A DNA stretch of 64,000 nucleotides. Source: Prevotella sp. (lineage in GTDB: Bacteria > Bacteroidota > Bacteroidia > Bacteroidales > Bacteroidaceae). Shown one piece after another: positions 10,523-20,379 of this stretch (its first letter is position 1; the number at the start of each line of letters is the position of its first letter). Where the stretch lies: NCBI GenBank assembly GCA_050875085.1, contig JBNMLZ010000001.1:44484-108483 (forward strand), given 5' to 3'. Both the position numbers and the translations under genes were made by a program. The notes under the pieces were generated by a model. The model did no database searches, had not been told where the DNA came from, and was given only the letters and a program-made list of their open reading frames with translations.

Positions 10523-13500
10523 ATGAAACATCTACTCCTCACCATCATATCATTGTTTTGCGCCCTTGCCACCGCATCGGCACAAGACGGCTTCACAAGC
10601 CCCTACTTCGAAAGTGCCGAAGCAAGAGACGCGGCTTGCAAGCACGCCGCGACCATATACACCGAAGACTGGAGCGACATGCCCGACCAGTCGAAAGAAT
10701 ACGAGGACTTCGGCGATGACAACGCCAAATATCCCAACCTCCACTTCCGACGCATGCGCAACCGCCGCGCATTGGTGGGCGAGAACTGCACCGTCAACAA
10801 ACTGATAACCGTGGTGGGCGTGGGCGGATGGAGCAAGACCATGAACGCGCTGACCGACGAAGACCTTGAGGACTATGCCGAGTTCAACAAGGTGGTGAGC
10901 GCCGGCGTAACCGTTGACCCCATCGTGAGCATACGCGACATGAAGAACTACTACGCCAAGGGCACCAAGGCCGGATACTGCATAGTGGCTGGCTCGGGCA
11001 ACGCCGTGCTGACGCTCGACGTGATAAAGGCAATGTCGATAGGCTTCTACCGCGACGGCAAGCTGCTGGGCGTGAAAGCCGTGAAGGAAGGACAGGACGG
11101 CGAGGGCATAACGCTGAAGCTGATACAGATTCCCGGCTCCGACGAGGCGTGCATCATGCTGACAGCCGAGAGCGACTGGCTGTTCGACGAGATTTCGCTC
11201 GACCACTCAGGCGGCGTGCAGGTGGGCGTGGGCGACCTGCTAAAAGTGAAATACGCATTCGTGGGCGACTCCTACGAATACCCAATAACATACGACGGCA
11301 CCGACGACAACGGCGCGACACTGAAGGGCGGCATATCGCAATACAACGACTATCTTGCCGCTGAAGGCAATGCCGATGCCGAAGCCCAACTGGACTACGT
11401 GAAAGGCTGGGACCCAGTGCTGCTCGGACTGCCGTTCCCGTTCACCGACAAGGCAATGCAGAAGTTCACCGACTACGACACGAGCAACTACATTGCCATC
11501 ACGCCAATACTGTCTGTAGGCTACCAGGGCGGCGCCAAGTTCATGATGAAACGCTCTGACGGCAGCGACGGCGAGGTGTTCGGCAAGGGCATGGAGGTTG
11601 GCTTCAACTACAACGTAGGCTCGGGTCTGGCACTCGACGCCGGCGCATGGATACGCCTCATACTGTTCGACCGCAACGGCAACAAGGTGCAGGAGGAGAC
11701 CGTGTCGGCTGGAGTGCTCAACCTGAGTGTCGCCAAAGGCGGCAACGGCACGGCATCGGTAACGGCAGAGCAGCCTTTCTCGGGCTGCGAGATACGCTTC
11801 CACACGGTGCTGAGTGTTGACCTCGGCGCCATAGGCATACACTACGGCTTTGTGAAGAACAAGCCCGAGGTGCCACACCACTGCGCCATCAACCCATCGC
11901 CCGACACCGACCTGTGTCCAGGACAGACATCGTTCCAACTGAGGTCGAACCCCGAGGTGAGCGTCACGTGGACGCTGGAGGAGTCGCAACCCGACGAAGA
12001 ATCAGCCACACTGCCATCTGTAACGCCAACAGGCTACGTCACCAACCTGTCGCCCGGCTACTACAAGTTCCGCGCGACAGCCACCGACGGCTGCTACGAC
12101 GAGATGTGGCTCAGCGTGGGACACTTCGGCAACGAGGACCTGACGTGCACCCGACCGCTGAACAACGGCATGCAGAACGGCACCTACGAGGTGTCTACCG
12201 ACATATACGGCTCGTCGGGCAGCCTCATCTCGGCATCCGACCTGAAGGACACCGAGGCAATAGTGACAAAATCAACCGAGGACTACGCCACATACATAGG
12301 CGGACTGAGCCTTGCCAGCAACCTGCGCATAACAGGCGTGAAGCGCACCGACGGCGGACTGATGTACGACGCCACCGCACGTCACGACGGCGAGACGCAG
12401 GAGGAGGCGGAAGCACGCATGAAGCCTAAGCGCATGGGATTTGTAGTGGCAAACTTCGTGACGGGGCTTGACCTCTCGCTGCTGCAATACCTGCAAGTGC
12501 GCTGCTACCACGCGGGCAAGGAGGTATACCGCCACGTGATATCAGAGTCGAACGGCGTGCAAGCCGGACTGGCAGAACAAGCCGGAGTACAGCGCACACG
12601 CTACAGCATTGAGGTGCCCGAGACCGACAACGACGGACAACCGATGCAGGTGGACGAGATAATGCTGTGGACATCGGGCGTGCTCAACCTGCGCGGCTCT
12701 AACCTGCACATCTACTTCGCCTTCATCGAGGATGCCGACGCCGCGTGCAGCGACCCAATGGGCTGCGGCGTCACCGTGCTGAGCAACGAGAAGACCCACA
12801 CCACCATCAACGCCGAAGGCACCAAGTCGGTTGAGGTGGTGAGCGTGGCAAACACCATCGACGACCTGAGCTACCTAATCGACAACGACATGTCTACCGC
12901 CATGCTCGTGCTGAACACCGTCACCGTGGGCGCGGGTCAGACAGTGGCGGTGAACATAGGCCGCACCATGGACTATCACCACCAGATAGGCATCGTGGTA
13001 GACCAGAAGACCTACGTGGCAAACATCGGCGTGGGCAACTGGCTCACCGTGGAAACCTACTACCGCGGAAAGGCCACCGGCGACAAGAAGTCGGACTGGA
13101 GCGTGCTCGGAGCCGACGTTGCAGGATATGGCGACAAGGACTATCTGTTTGTACAGCCCAAGCACATATACGACGAGGTGCGCATAACCATCGGCGGCGT
13201 TATCGATGCCGCCAAGCCGCAGAAGTTCTACGGACTGTTCCTGCGCGGCGATGTCGACAACGACGGCATTCCCGACTGCAAGGACCCGAACTCGTGCTCG
13301 CAGGAACCACTGAAGGTGGAGGTGAGCCAAGTGTGCGTGGGCGACAAGATAAAGATTAAGGCACAAGGATATGTAGACACCGACTACACCATTGAGTTCG
13401 GCGAACCGGACATCGACGATGTGACGCTGAAGTCGGACGCCACAAACGGCTACATCAACTACGAGTACGTGACGAAGACACCGGGACAATACCAAATGAT

Positions 13501-15274
13501 GTTCTACGACGGAAGCGGCAACTTCATCAACTCTGCCGACTACACCGTTTACCCACGACAGACAACATGGCTCACCAACGCTTCAAACAACGACTGGAAC
13601 AAGTGGGACAACTGGAGCAACGGAGCACCCTACTGCTGCACCAACGCCATCATTCCGTCTGGCGCCAAGCACTATCCAGTGCTGGATGCCAGCGACGTGA
13701 AAACCGGCGACGAGTATTGCTGCAACGACATCTTCTTCGAACCGCAGTCTGCCATCGAGCGCACACAACAGCTCAACTACAGCCGCGCGTGGGTTGAGAC
13801 GGAAATGCTGCCCAACCGCTACTACAATTTCTCGGCACCGCTGAAGCAGATGTACACTGGCGACATGTTCGTAAACACATCCGTAGAGGACACACTACAT
13901 ACATTCTGCCCACTCAACGCCGACACCTATCCCGCACAACGCTTCAACCCAACCATATACCAACGGCTGTGGCTCGCCACGGAGAAGTCGCACAAGTGGA
14001 CCACCGGCAATGCCGACGACGACTACCTGACGGTGGATGTAGACGCCAACAACTGGTCGCACCACTTCAACAACCTCGCCTACAACTATGCCATGGGCAC
14101 AGGCATCGCCGTGTGGGTGGATGAGGGCACATCGGGCAAGAAGTCGTTCCGCTTCAGATTTCCTAAAGAGCACACCGAGTACAGCTACTTCAGCGACTAC
14201 GACCAGCAACCCATCGACGGAGCGAAGGAAACAATAGAACGCGACGACGTGCTGCCACACCGGTTCATCTACGAGGAAGCCAACGACAACAACATCACAA
14301 TGACAACAGCCGACGGTGATAGCCGCACCGTGTACAACGCCCAACAGGAATACGACATAACGCTGAAGGCAGACAAGGCTACAACCACCTTCATGATGGG
14401 CAACCCATTCATGAGCCATATCGACATAGGCCACATGCTCAACTACAACACCAACGTAAAGGGTGCCAAGATTGAACAGAACGGCACACTGCTCACCGTG
14501 ACACGCGACGACGACGGCTCGTTCGTCTACAGCGGCAACGTCTCGACAATAGCACCCATGCAGTCGATATTCCTCGAAACCGACGAACCTGCGACGTCGC
14601 TCAACGTGGTGCTGACACCCGACATGCTGTCGGCAAGCGACAACGACGCCACGGCCGCACTGCCAAGCGCTGCCCCGCAACTGCACATCAGCGCAAACGG
14701 AGCCTCAATGGTGCTCGTCGACTCAAAGAAATACACGTCGGCAACTCTGTTCGACAGCGAGGTGCGCCCCACGCAGAGCGTCTTTGCCATCAACGGCGGC
14801 AACGCCTACGACATAATGCCTATAGCCGACAACGTGAAGCTTGGACTGTGCATGGCGGAGCAGGACACCGTGACATTCTCTTTCCGCACTGCCAACGGTT
14901 TTAGGCGAGACGACTACAGCCTGAAGGACAATCTCACTGGCATGGCATACCCGATAGACGAGGACGTGACAATAGCCGACGCCGGCACGTCGATTGGAAG
15001 ATTTGCAATCGTTAAAAACAGCGCCACCGCAACACCAGCCATAAAGAATTGTGCAGATGACATGATGATAACCCTGTCAGGACGCAAAGCCACCGTGAAA
15101 TCTACAAAGCCAATAAGCAGCATCATCGTCAGCGACGCGGCAGGACACATCGTCACGACAAAGACCAACATCAACAGCAGCATGGCTGAAACGGAAATGA
15201 CAGAAGGCATAAACATCATAAAAACCTACTTTGACGACGGGACAAGCAAGAGCCATAAACTGTGGGTTAAATAA
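10523..15274 (+). CDS. Large secreted adhesin-like protein with putative T9SS C-terminal domain
   Basis: Sec signal ..TASAQ, four degenerate beta-rich repeats, DVDNDGIPDCKD Ca-binding motif, CTD-like end (GINIIK..GTSKSHKLWVK). Confidence 0.72.
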   Translation: MKHLLLTIISLFCALATASAQDGFTSPYFESAEARDAACKHAATIYTEDWSDMPDQSKEYEDFGDDNAKYPNLHFRRMRNRRALVGENCTVNKLITVVGVGGWSKTMNALTDEDLEDYAEFNKVVSAGVTVDPIVSIRDMKNYYAKGTKAGYCIVAGSGNAVLTLDVIKAMSIGFYRDGKLLGVKAVKEGQDGEGITLKLIQIPGSDEACIMLTAESDWLFDEISLDHSGGVQVGVGDLLKVKYAFVGDSYEYPITYDGTDDNGATLKGGISQYNDYLAAEGNADAEAQLDYVKGWDPVLLGLPFPFTDKAMQKFTDYDTSNYIAITPILSVGYQGGAKFMMKRSDGSDGEVFGKGMEVGFNYNVGSGLALDAGAWIRLILFDRNGNKVQEETVSAGVLNLSVAKGGNGTASVTAEQPFSGCEIRFHTVLSVDLGAIGIHYGFVKNKPEVPHHCAINPSPDTDLCPGQTSFQLRSNPEVSVTWTLEESQPDEESATLPSVTPTGYVTNLSPGYYKFRATATDGCYDEMWLSVGHFGNEDLTCTRPLNNGMQNGTYEVSTDIYGSSGSLISASDLKDTEAIVTKSTEDYATYIGGLSLASNLRITGVKRTDGGLMYDATARHDGETQEEAEARMKPKRMGFVVANFVTGLDLSLLQYLQVRCYHAGKEVYRHVISESNGVQAGLAEQAGVQRTRYSIEVPETDNDGQPMQVDEIMLWTSGVLNLRGSNLHIYFAFIEDADAACSDPMGCGVTVLSNEKTHTTINAEGTKSVEVVSVANTIDDLSYLIDNDMSTAMLVLNTVTVGAGQTVAVNIGRTMDYHHQIGIVVDQKTYVANIGVGNWLTVETYYRGKATGDKKSDWSVLGADVAGYGDKDYLFVQPKHIYDEVRITIGGVIDAAKPQKFYGLFLRGDVDNDGIPDCKDPNSCSQEPLKVEVSQVCVGDKIKIKAQGYVDTDYTIEFGEPDIDDVTLKSDATNGYINYEYVTKTPGQYQMMFYDGSGNFINSADYTVYPRQTTWLTNASNNDWNKWDNWSNGAPYCCTNAIIPSGAKHYPVLDASDVKTGDEYCCNDIFFEPQSAIERTQQLNYSRAWVETEMLPNRYYNFSAPLKQMYTGDMFVNTSVEDTLHTFCPLNADTYPAQRFNPTIYQRLWLATEKSHKWTTGNADDDYLTVDVDANNWSHHFNNLAYNYAMGTGIAVWVDEGTSGKKSFRFRFPKEHTEYSYFSDYDQQPIDGAKETIERDDVLPHRFIYEEANDNNITMTTADGDSRTVYNAQQEYDITLKADKATTTFMMGNPFMSHIDIGHMLNYNTNVKGAKIEQNGTLLTVTRDDDGSFVYSGNVSTIAPMQSIFLETDEPATSLNVVLTPDMLSASDNDATAALPSAAPQLHISANGASMVLVDSKKYTSATLFDSEVRPTQSVFAINGGNAYDIMPIADNVKLGLCMAEQDTVTFSFRTANGFRRDDYSLKDNLTGMAYPIDEDVTIADAGTSIGRFAIVKNSATATPAIKNCADDMMITLSGRKATVKSTKPISSIIVSDAAGHIVTTKTNINSSMAETEMTEGINIIKTYFDDGTSKSHKLWVK

Positions 15275-15303
15275 GAAGGTGAGCCATAAAAAACTGTAAC
15301 CTG

Positions 15304-15335
15304 TTTGTGTTTCTCATAAATTTTGCCTAATTTTG
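15304..15335 (+). promoter_or_regulatory. Promoter of gpx-trxB
   Basis: TTTG-N20-TAATTTTG. Confidence 0.65.
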
Positions 15336-15396
15336 TACCTTTAACATTATAAGGTAGAAAGAAACAAAACCACAATAAACAGAGAAAAGGAGAAAA

Positions 15397-15948
15397 ATGA
15401 GAACTGTATACGATTATTCTGTAAAGGACAGAAAAGGTAAGGAAGTATCTCTCAAGGAGTATGCCAATGAAGTGCTGCTCATCGTAAACACAGCTACAAA
15501 GTGCGGATTCACACCGCAGTATGAGGAGTTGGAGAAACTATACGAAAAGTATCACGCACAGGGATTTGAGGTTCTTGATTTCCCTTGCAACCAGTTCGGC
15601 GCACAGGCTCCAGGCACCGACGAGTCGATTCACCAGTTCTGCAAGCTGACCTACGGCACGGAGTTCCCGCGCTTCAAGAAGGTGAAAGTGAACGGCGACG
15701 ATGCCGACCCTCTCTTCAAGTTCCTCAAGGAGCAGAAGACATTCGCCGGCTTCGACCCTGCCAACAAGCTCACACCAGTGCTTGAGGACATCCTCTCGAA
15801 GGAATGTCCCGACTACAAGGAGACAAGCGACATAAAGTGGAACTTCACAAAGTTCCTCACCAACAAGCGCGGTCAGGTGATCGCACGCTTCGAGCCTACC
15901 GAAAGCATCGACAACATCGCCAAGCAAATAGAGGAACTGTTGAAATAA
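15397..15948 (+). CDS. gpx: Glutathione peroxidase (Cys type)
   Basis: VNTATKCGFTPQY, LDFPCNQFG, IKWNFTKFL. Confidence 0.95.
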   Translation: MRTVYDYSVKDRKGKEVSLKEYANEVLLIVNTATKCGFTPQYEELEKLYEKYHAQGFEVLDFPCNQFGAQAPGTDESIHQFCKLTYGTEFPRFKKVKVNGDDADPLFKFLKEQKTFAGFDPANKLTPVLEDILSKECPDYKETSDIKWNFTKFLTNKRGQVIARFEPTESIDNIAKQIEELLK

Positions 15949-15950
15949 CC

Positions 15951-16053
15951 GGAACGGCGGACTCCCGTCCGCCGCACTGCACCCTCCCGGAACGGCGGAC
16001 TCCCGTCCGCCGCAAAACCCCCTCAACAGAACGGCGGACTCCCGTCCGCCGCA
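15951..16053 (+). repeat. Three direct copies of palindrome GGAACGGCGGACTCCCGTCCGCCGCA (family D)
   Basis: Copies at 15951, 15989 and 16029; period about 38-39 bp. Confidence 0.9.
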
Positions 16054-16093
16054 AAACCAATCCCCCAACCCTATAAATATAAAGAAAAAGCAA

Positions 16094-17032
16094 ATGGAAC
16101 AGAGAGAACATGTAAAGTGCCTCATCGTCGGCAGCGGTCCTGCCGGCTATACGGCAGCCATATACGCAGGACGCGCCAACCTCGCCCCGGTGGAGTACTG
16201 CGGCATACAGATGGGCGGACAACTCACCCAGACCACCATCGTAGAGAACTTCCCCGGCTATCCCGAAGGTGTTGACGGCAACCAGATGATGATGGACCTG
16301 CGCAAGCAGGCAGAGCGCTTCGGCGCCGACATCCGCGAGGGCAGCATCGCCAAGGTTGACTTCTCGAAGAAGCCTTACGTGCTCACCACCGACACCGGCA
16401 AGGAGCTGGAGGCCGACACCGTGATAATCGCCACCGGAGCCTCAGCAAAGTATCTCGGCCTTGCCGACGAGAAGAAGTACAACGGACAGGGCGTAAGCGC
16501 ATGTGCCACATGCGACGGTTTCTTCTACCGCAAGCGCACCGTTGCCGTGGTAGGCGGCGGCGACACCGCATGTGAGGAGGCCATCTACCTCGCCGGTCTG
16601 TGCAAGAAGGTCTACATGATTGTGCGCAAGCCTTACCTGCGCGCCTCTGACGTTATGAAGAAGCGTGTAGAGGAGAACGACAAGATTGAAATTCTCTACG
16701 AGCACAACACCGAGGGTCTCTACGGAGAAGACGGCGTTGAGGGCGCACACCTCGTGAAGCGCAAGGGCGAACCCGACGAGCAGCACTACGACCTGCCCAT
16801 CGACGGCTTCTTCCTCGCCATCGGCCACAAGCCCAACACCGGCGTGTTCCGTCCATACATCGAATGTGACGAGACTGGCTACATCAAGACCCGCGGCGCA
16901 TCGCCATGCACAAACGTAGAGGGCGTGTTCGCCGCCGGCGACTGTGCCGACCCGACATACCGCCAGGCTATCGTGGCTGCCGGCTCAGGCTGCAAGGCAG
17001 CACTTGAAGCCGAGCGCTATCTCGCTAAATAA
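16094..17032 (+). CDS. trxB: Thioredoxin-disulfide reductase
   Basis: GSGPAGYTAA, CATCDG, GGGDTA, GVFAAGD, YRQAIVAAGSG. Confidence 0.96.
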   Translation: MEQREHVKCLIVGSGPAGYTAAIYAGRANLAPVEYCGIQMGGQLTQTTIVENFPGYPEGVDGNQMMMDLRKQAERFGADIREGSIAKVDFSKKPYVLTTDTGKELEADTVIIATGASAKYLGLADEKKYNGQGVSACATCDGFFYRKRTVAVVGGGDTACEEAIYLAGLCKKVYMIVRKPYLRASDVMKKRVEENDKIEILYEHNTEGLYGEDGVEGAHLVKRKGEPDEQHYDLPIDGFFLAIGHKPNTGVFRPYIECDETGYIKTRGASPCTNVEGVFAAGDCADPTYRQAIVAAGSGCKAALEAERYLAK

Positions 17033-17039
17033 CGAAAAG

Positions 17040-17111
17040 ATTAACGGATAATTAACGGGCATTAACGACTATATTTTTTAGGTCGTTAATGCCCGCTAAT
17101 TATCCGTTAAT
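17040..17111. terminator. Long hairpin built from ATTAACGG units between convergent genes
   Basis: ATTAACGGATAATTAACGGGCATTAACGAC pairs with GTCGTTAATGCCCGCTAATTATCCGTTAAT. Confidence 0.7.
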
Positions 17112-17136
17112 TATTTTGTTAATTATTAATGTTCTC

Positions 17137-18918
17137 TCATTCATTGAGCAGTTGCTCAAGATTCTTCACCATCCCAGCCGCCATTGCCGACTTCCGCAAA
17201 GGCACATTCTCCGGAGTGAAGCCGCCCACAGCCTTGTTCAGCCGGGCAAGCTTTGCCTTCTGTCCACTCTTCTGGTAAGCCTTGCGCAGCTGAATGATCT
17301 TCTCGCAGTCCTGCAAGCCCTCAACAAGACGCTCGAAGCGTATGCTTGAGCGCGGACCAGGATAGATGCAATAGCAGTCGCCGGCAGCCCAGGTGCGGAA
17401 GCGCGAGTCGCGCAGCGGGTCGCGCGTCCAGCTGTTGTACGACCAGCGCAGATAGCCGTCGTAGTCGCCAGCCACGGCATGTATCGCCATCCATGTGGCA
17501 TCGGCAGGAGCCGAGCATGTGAACGTGTTGGGAAATCCCTCTGTGCAGCATGTATAGTAGGTGCTTATCTTGCCCTCGGCGCGTCGTTTGGCGAGCACGT
17601 CCTTCGGGAAGTCGTTGCCGTAGGCAATGCAGTAGTAGTAGAGGTCGTTCTCTATCTCCTTGTGGTATACTCCGGCAAGCGAGATCTTATAGTCGGGGTC
17701 GGCATCCTTTATCACCTTTATGGCAGCCTGCATAGCCTCCATAGGGCGCTCGTCCATTGCTATGCAAGTCTTGTCGAACCATCCCTTCTGACGCAGGTGG
17801 CGTGCAAAGTCCTTCAAGAAGGAACCCCAGTACTCGGTGTAAGCCTCGTCGCCCGGTTGTGCCTTGACAAACTGCACACGGTTGGTAGCCTCATCATAGT
17901 AGTCGAAGCGCAGGTCCCATGGAATCATTGTGTAGCACGAGATGAGCCGGTTGATGCCAACATCATTCATCATGAAGTCGACATACTTGTCAAACACGGC
18001 ATAGTCGTATGTCCACGAGCCGTCGATATGCTTTATGCGCGTCACCATCGAGTCGAAGTGGTCCTCGGTCTGTCCGTTCCAGGGCTTGTGCATGATGCTC
18101 GTCGTTATGGCATACTGCCCAGCGTCGGCAAGCATCTTCATTATAGGGCGCATGGCGTCGAAGTGGGCCTTGCTCCACAGCGGCACCTGATAGTAGCGCG
18201 CCACGGCATAAGGGTTCTGCCACAGGTCGAGGTTCATGTGCCACTTCTGCGGAGCGGGCAGCGTGCGGTCAATCACCTGCACCTTAATCTGGAGCGTCTG
18301 CGCCTCCATGTTCTTTCCGCTCACGGTGATTTGTCCAGTGTACATGCCAGGCGCGGCATCCGACGGCACACTCACGTTCACCCATATCGGCTGCGTGGAG
18401 TTGCGCTTGACGGGCAACAGGCGGTTGGTGTCGAGTACATCGGCAACCAGCGATGAGTCGAAGTCGACAGCATTGCGGTAGCCACAGCCGCTGCCGTCCT
18501 TGTTAAGCTCGTCGGTCATCACATAGCGCACGAAGTTGGTGCGCACCTTGGAAGCCGGTATCACCGACTTGCCCGAGCGCAGGTCGCCTACGCGTATCTC
18601 GGCATCGTCCACCCCTACCCTTGTCCACAGCAATGCCTGCGCATTGACGCGCTCGCCGCGCCATGCCTTGAGGGAAATGGTGTTGAGCCGCTTCACGGCA
18701 GGAATGTCAAGCCGACGATAGCGCGTGTCGATTGACGCCCAGCTAAGAAGTGTCGGAGCCGACAGCTTCGCCCACTCAGCGTCGGAGGAGTGAGGCTTGG
18801 AGTCGGTAAGTTCCTCGTATTGTGACAATGGAAATGGGTTGGCGGCAGTCTCCGTCTGCGCGCTTGCCGTCAGAGCAAGTGCAAGGAAGAGAGCCGACAG
18901 TTGGATTTTCTTTTTCAT
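17137..18918 (-). CDS. GH123-like (DUF4091) glycoside hydrolase, putative beta-N-acetylgalactosaminidase
   Basis: Signal peptide, AWRGERVNAQ, LDLWQNPYAVAR, IAMDER, GYLRWSYNSW, SSIRFERLVEG. Promoter TAACTTTG at 18968-18975 (-). Confidence 0.8.
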   Translation of the reverse strand: MKKKIQLSALFLALALTASAQTETAANPFPLSQYEELTDSKPHSSDAEWAKLSAPTLLSWASIDTRYRRLDIPAVKRLNTISLKAWRGERVNAQALLWTRVGVDDAEIRVGDLRSGKSVIPASKVRTNFVRYVMTDELNKDGSGCGYRNAVDFDSSLVADVLDTNRLLPVKRNSTQPIWVNVSVPSDAAPGMYTGQITVSGKNMEAQTLQIKVQVIDRTLPAPQKWHMNLDLWQNPYAVARYYQVPLWSKAHFDAMRPIMKMLADAGQYAITTSIMHKPWNGQTEDHFDSMVTRIKHIDGSWTYDYAVFDKYVDFMMNDVGINRLISCYTMIPWDLRFDYYDEATNRVQFVKAQPGDEAYTEYWGSFLKDFARHLRQKGWFDKTCIAMDERPMEAMQAAIKVIKDADPDYKISLAGVYHKEIENDLYYYCIAYGNDFPKDVLAKRRAEGKISTYYTCCTEGFPNTFTCSAPADATWMAIHAVAGDYDGYLRWSYNSWTRDPLRDSRFRTWAAGDCYCIYPGPRSSIRFERLVEGLQDCEKIIQLRKAYQKSGQKAKLARLNKAVGGFTPENVPLRKSAMAAGMVKNLEQLLNE

Positions 18919-19110
18919 TTGGAATGTATTTAGGCGATTAGTTTTTAATATGTCAATAAAACAACTGCAAAGTTAGCTTTTTTTTCACTAATACCGAAGC
19001 AAATACTTAAATGTTGTGATTTTAAGGGTCAATGTCTTGCCTTTAGGGAAAAAGTTTTTATCTTTGTAGGAACAACTTGTAAAAAATAAGAATAACAGAC
19101 AAAAACATTT

Positions 19111-20379
19111 ATGGATAACACTACAAATACGAAAGTACATTCCTGCGCTGAGTCGCAGAATTTCTGGTTGTGGCTCGGCGCTCTTGTCATAGGCGCTGTG
19201 CTCGGCGTGCTCGGCATTGACTGGATAAACACGGCAGCTGGGTTTGTAGCCACGGTATACACACGACTGTTCCAGTTTATCGCCGTGCCAACCATCGCCC
19301 TCGCCGTCTGCATGACGCTTGCCACCTTCGGCACACAGCGCGACACGGGGCGCATATTCCGCCGCACCATCAGCTACACGCTGCTCACCACCATCGCGGC
19401 AGCCGCTGTCGGCATGTTGCTCTACCGCATCATCGGTCCCGACAACCTGCCTGTAGACGTAATACAGAGCAGCAAGGCAACCAACACACTGCCGGAGGAG
19501 ATACAAGGTGCTGCGTCGTATTACGACTATGTGATAGGCATCGTACCGAACAACATCCTGCGGCCGCTCATCGAGGGCAACGTGCTCTCCATACTACTCA
19601 TCGCCGTAGCCGTGGGCATTGCCTTGGCAAAGATGCCCGAGTCGGACAACAAGCAGACACTCATGCGCGGCTTGACAGCCATGCAGGACCTTGTGTCAAC
19701 ACTCATCCACTGGCTCATCCATGCACTGCCACTCGGCATTCTCGCTTTTGCGGCACAGTTGTCGGCTGAGGTGTCGGCAGGAATGGTGATGTCGTCGATA
19801 GGAAAGTATGTGGCAGTGATACTTGGCGGCAACGTGTTGCAGTTCTTCGTCGTGCTGCCACTGTTCCTCCTGTCGCGCGGACTGAACCCGCTGCGCGTAA
19901 TGCGCCGCATGATGCCTGCCGTGCTCATGGCACTGTTCACCAAGAGTTCTGCCGCCACCCTGCCCGTCACCATACAGACAGCCGAGGAACAGCTGGGCGT
20001 GAGCAGCCGTGTGGCACGCTTCGTGTTGCCGATATGCACCACAATCAACATGAACGGATGCGCGGCATTCATCTTCGTGACATCGCTCTTCGTGATGCAG
20101 AACGGAGGTGTTGACATCACGTGGGGCACAATGATCATGTGGCTCTTCATATCTGTCATTGCCGCCATAGGCAACGCAGGAGTGCCGATGGGCTGCTACT
20201 TCCTCACGTTGTCGCTCATGTCGGGCATCGGTGCACCGGTGGCGATAATGGGCATCATCCTGCCGGTGTTCACCGTGCTCGACATGATCGAGACAGCCGA
20301 GAATGTATGGTCGGACTCCTGCGTGGCGTCGATGGTAGACAAGGACATCAAGTCTACAGACCGAGCTTGTATAGCTTAA
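19111..20379 (+). CDS. Dicarboxylate/amino acid:cation symporter (DAACS/SDF)
   Basis: TKSSAATLP, TINMNG, GNAGVP, DMIETAENV; multiple TM segments. Confidence 0.9.
   Translation: MDNTTNTKVHSCAESQNFWLWLGALVIGAVLGVLGIDWINTAAGFVATVYTRLFQFIAVPTIALAVCMTLATFGTQRDTGRIFRRTISYTLLTTIAAAAVGMLLYRIIGPDNLPVDVIQSSKATNTLPEEIQGAASYYDYVIGIVPNNILRPLIEGNVLSILLIAVAVGIALAKMPESDNKQTLMRGLTAMQDLVSTLIHWLIHALPLGILAFAAQLSAEVSAGMVMSSIGKYVAVILGGNVLQFFVVLPLFLLSRGLNPLRVMRRMMPAVLMALFTKSSAATLPVTIQTAEEQLGVSSRVARFVLPICTTINMNGCAAFIFVTSLFVMQNGGVDITWGTMIMWLFISVIAAIGNAGVPMGCYFLTLSLMSGIGAPVAIMGIILPVFTVLDMIETAENVWSDSCVASMVDKDIKSTDRACIA

Noticed and set aside
15397-15948. Selenocysteine glutathione peroxidase
   Set aside because: The active-site codon is TGC (Cys); there is no in-frame TGA.
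15951-16053. Mini-CRISPR candidate
   Set aside because: Spacers are only about 12-13 bp and low complexity; no leader or cas genes.
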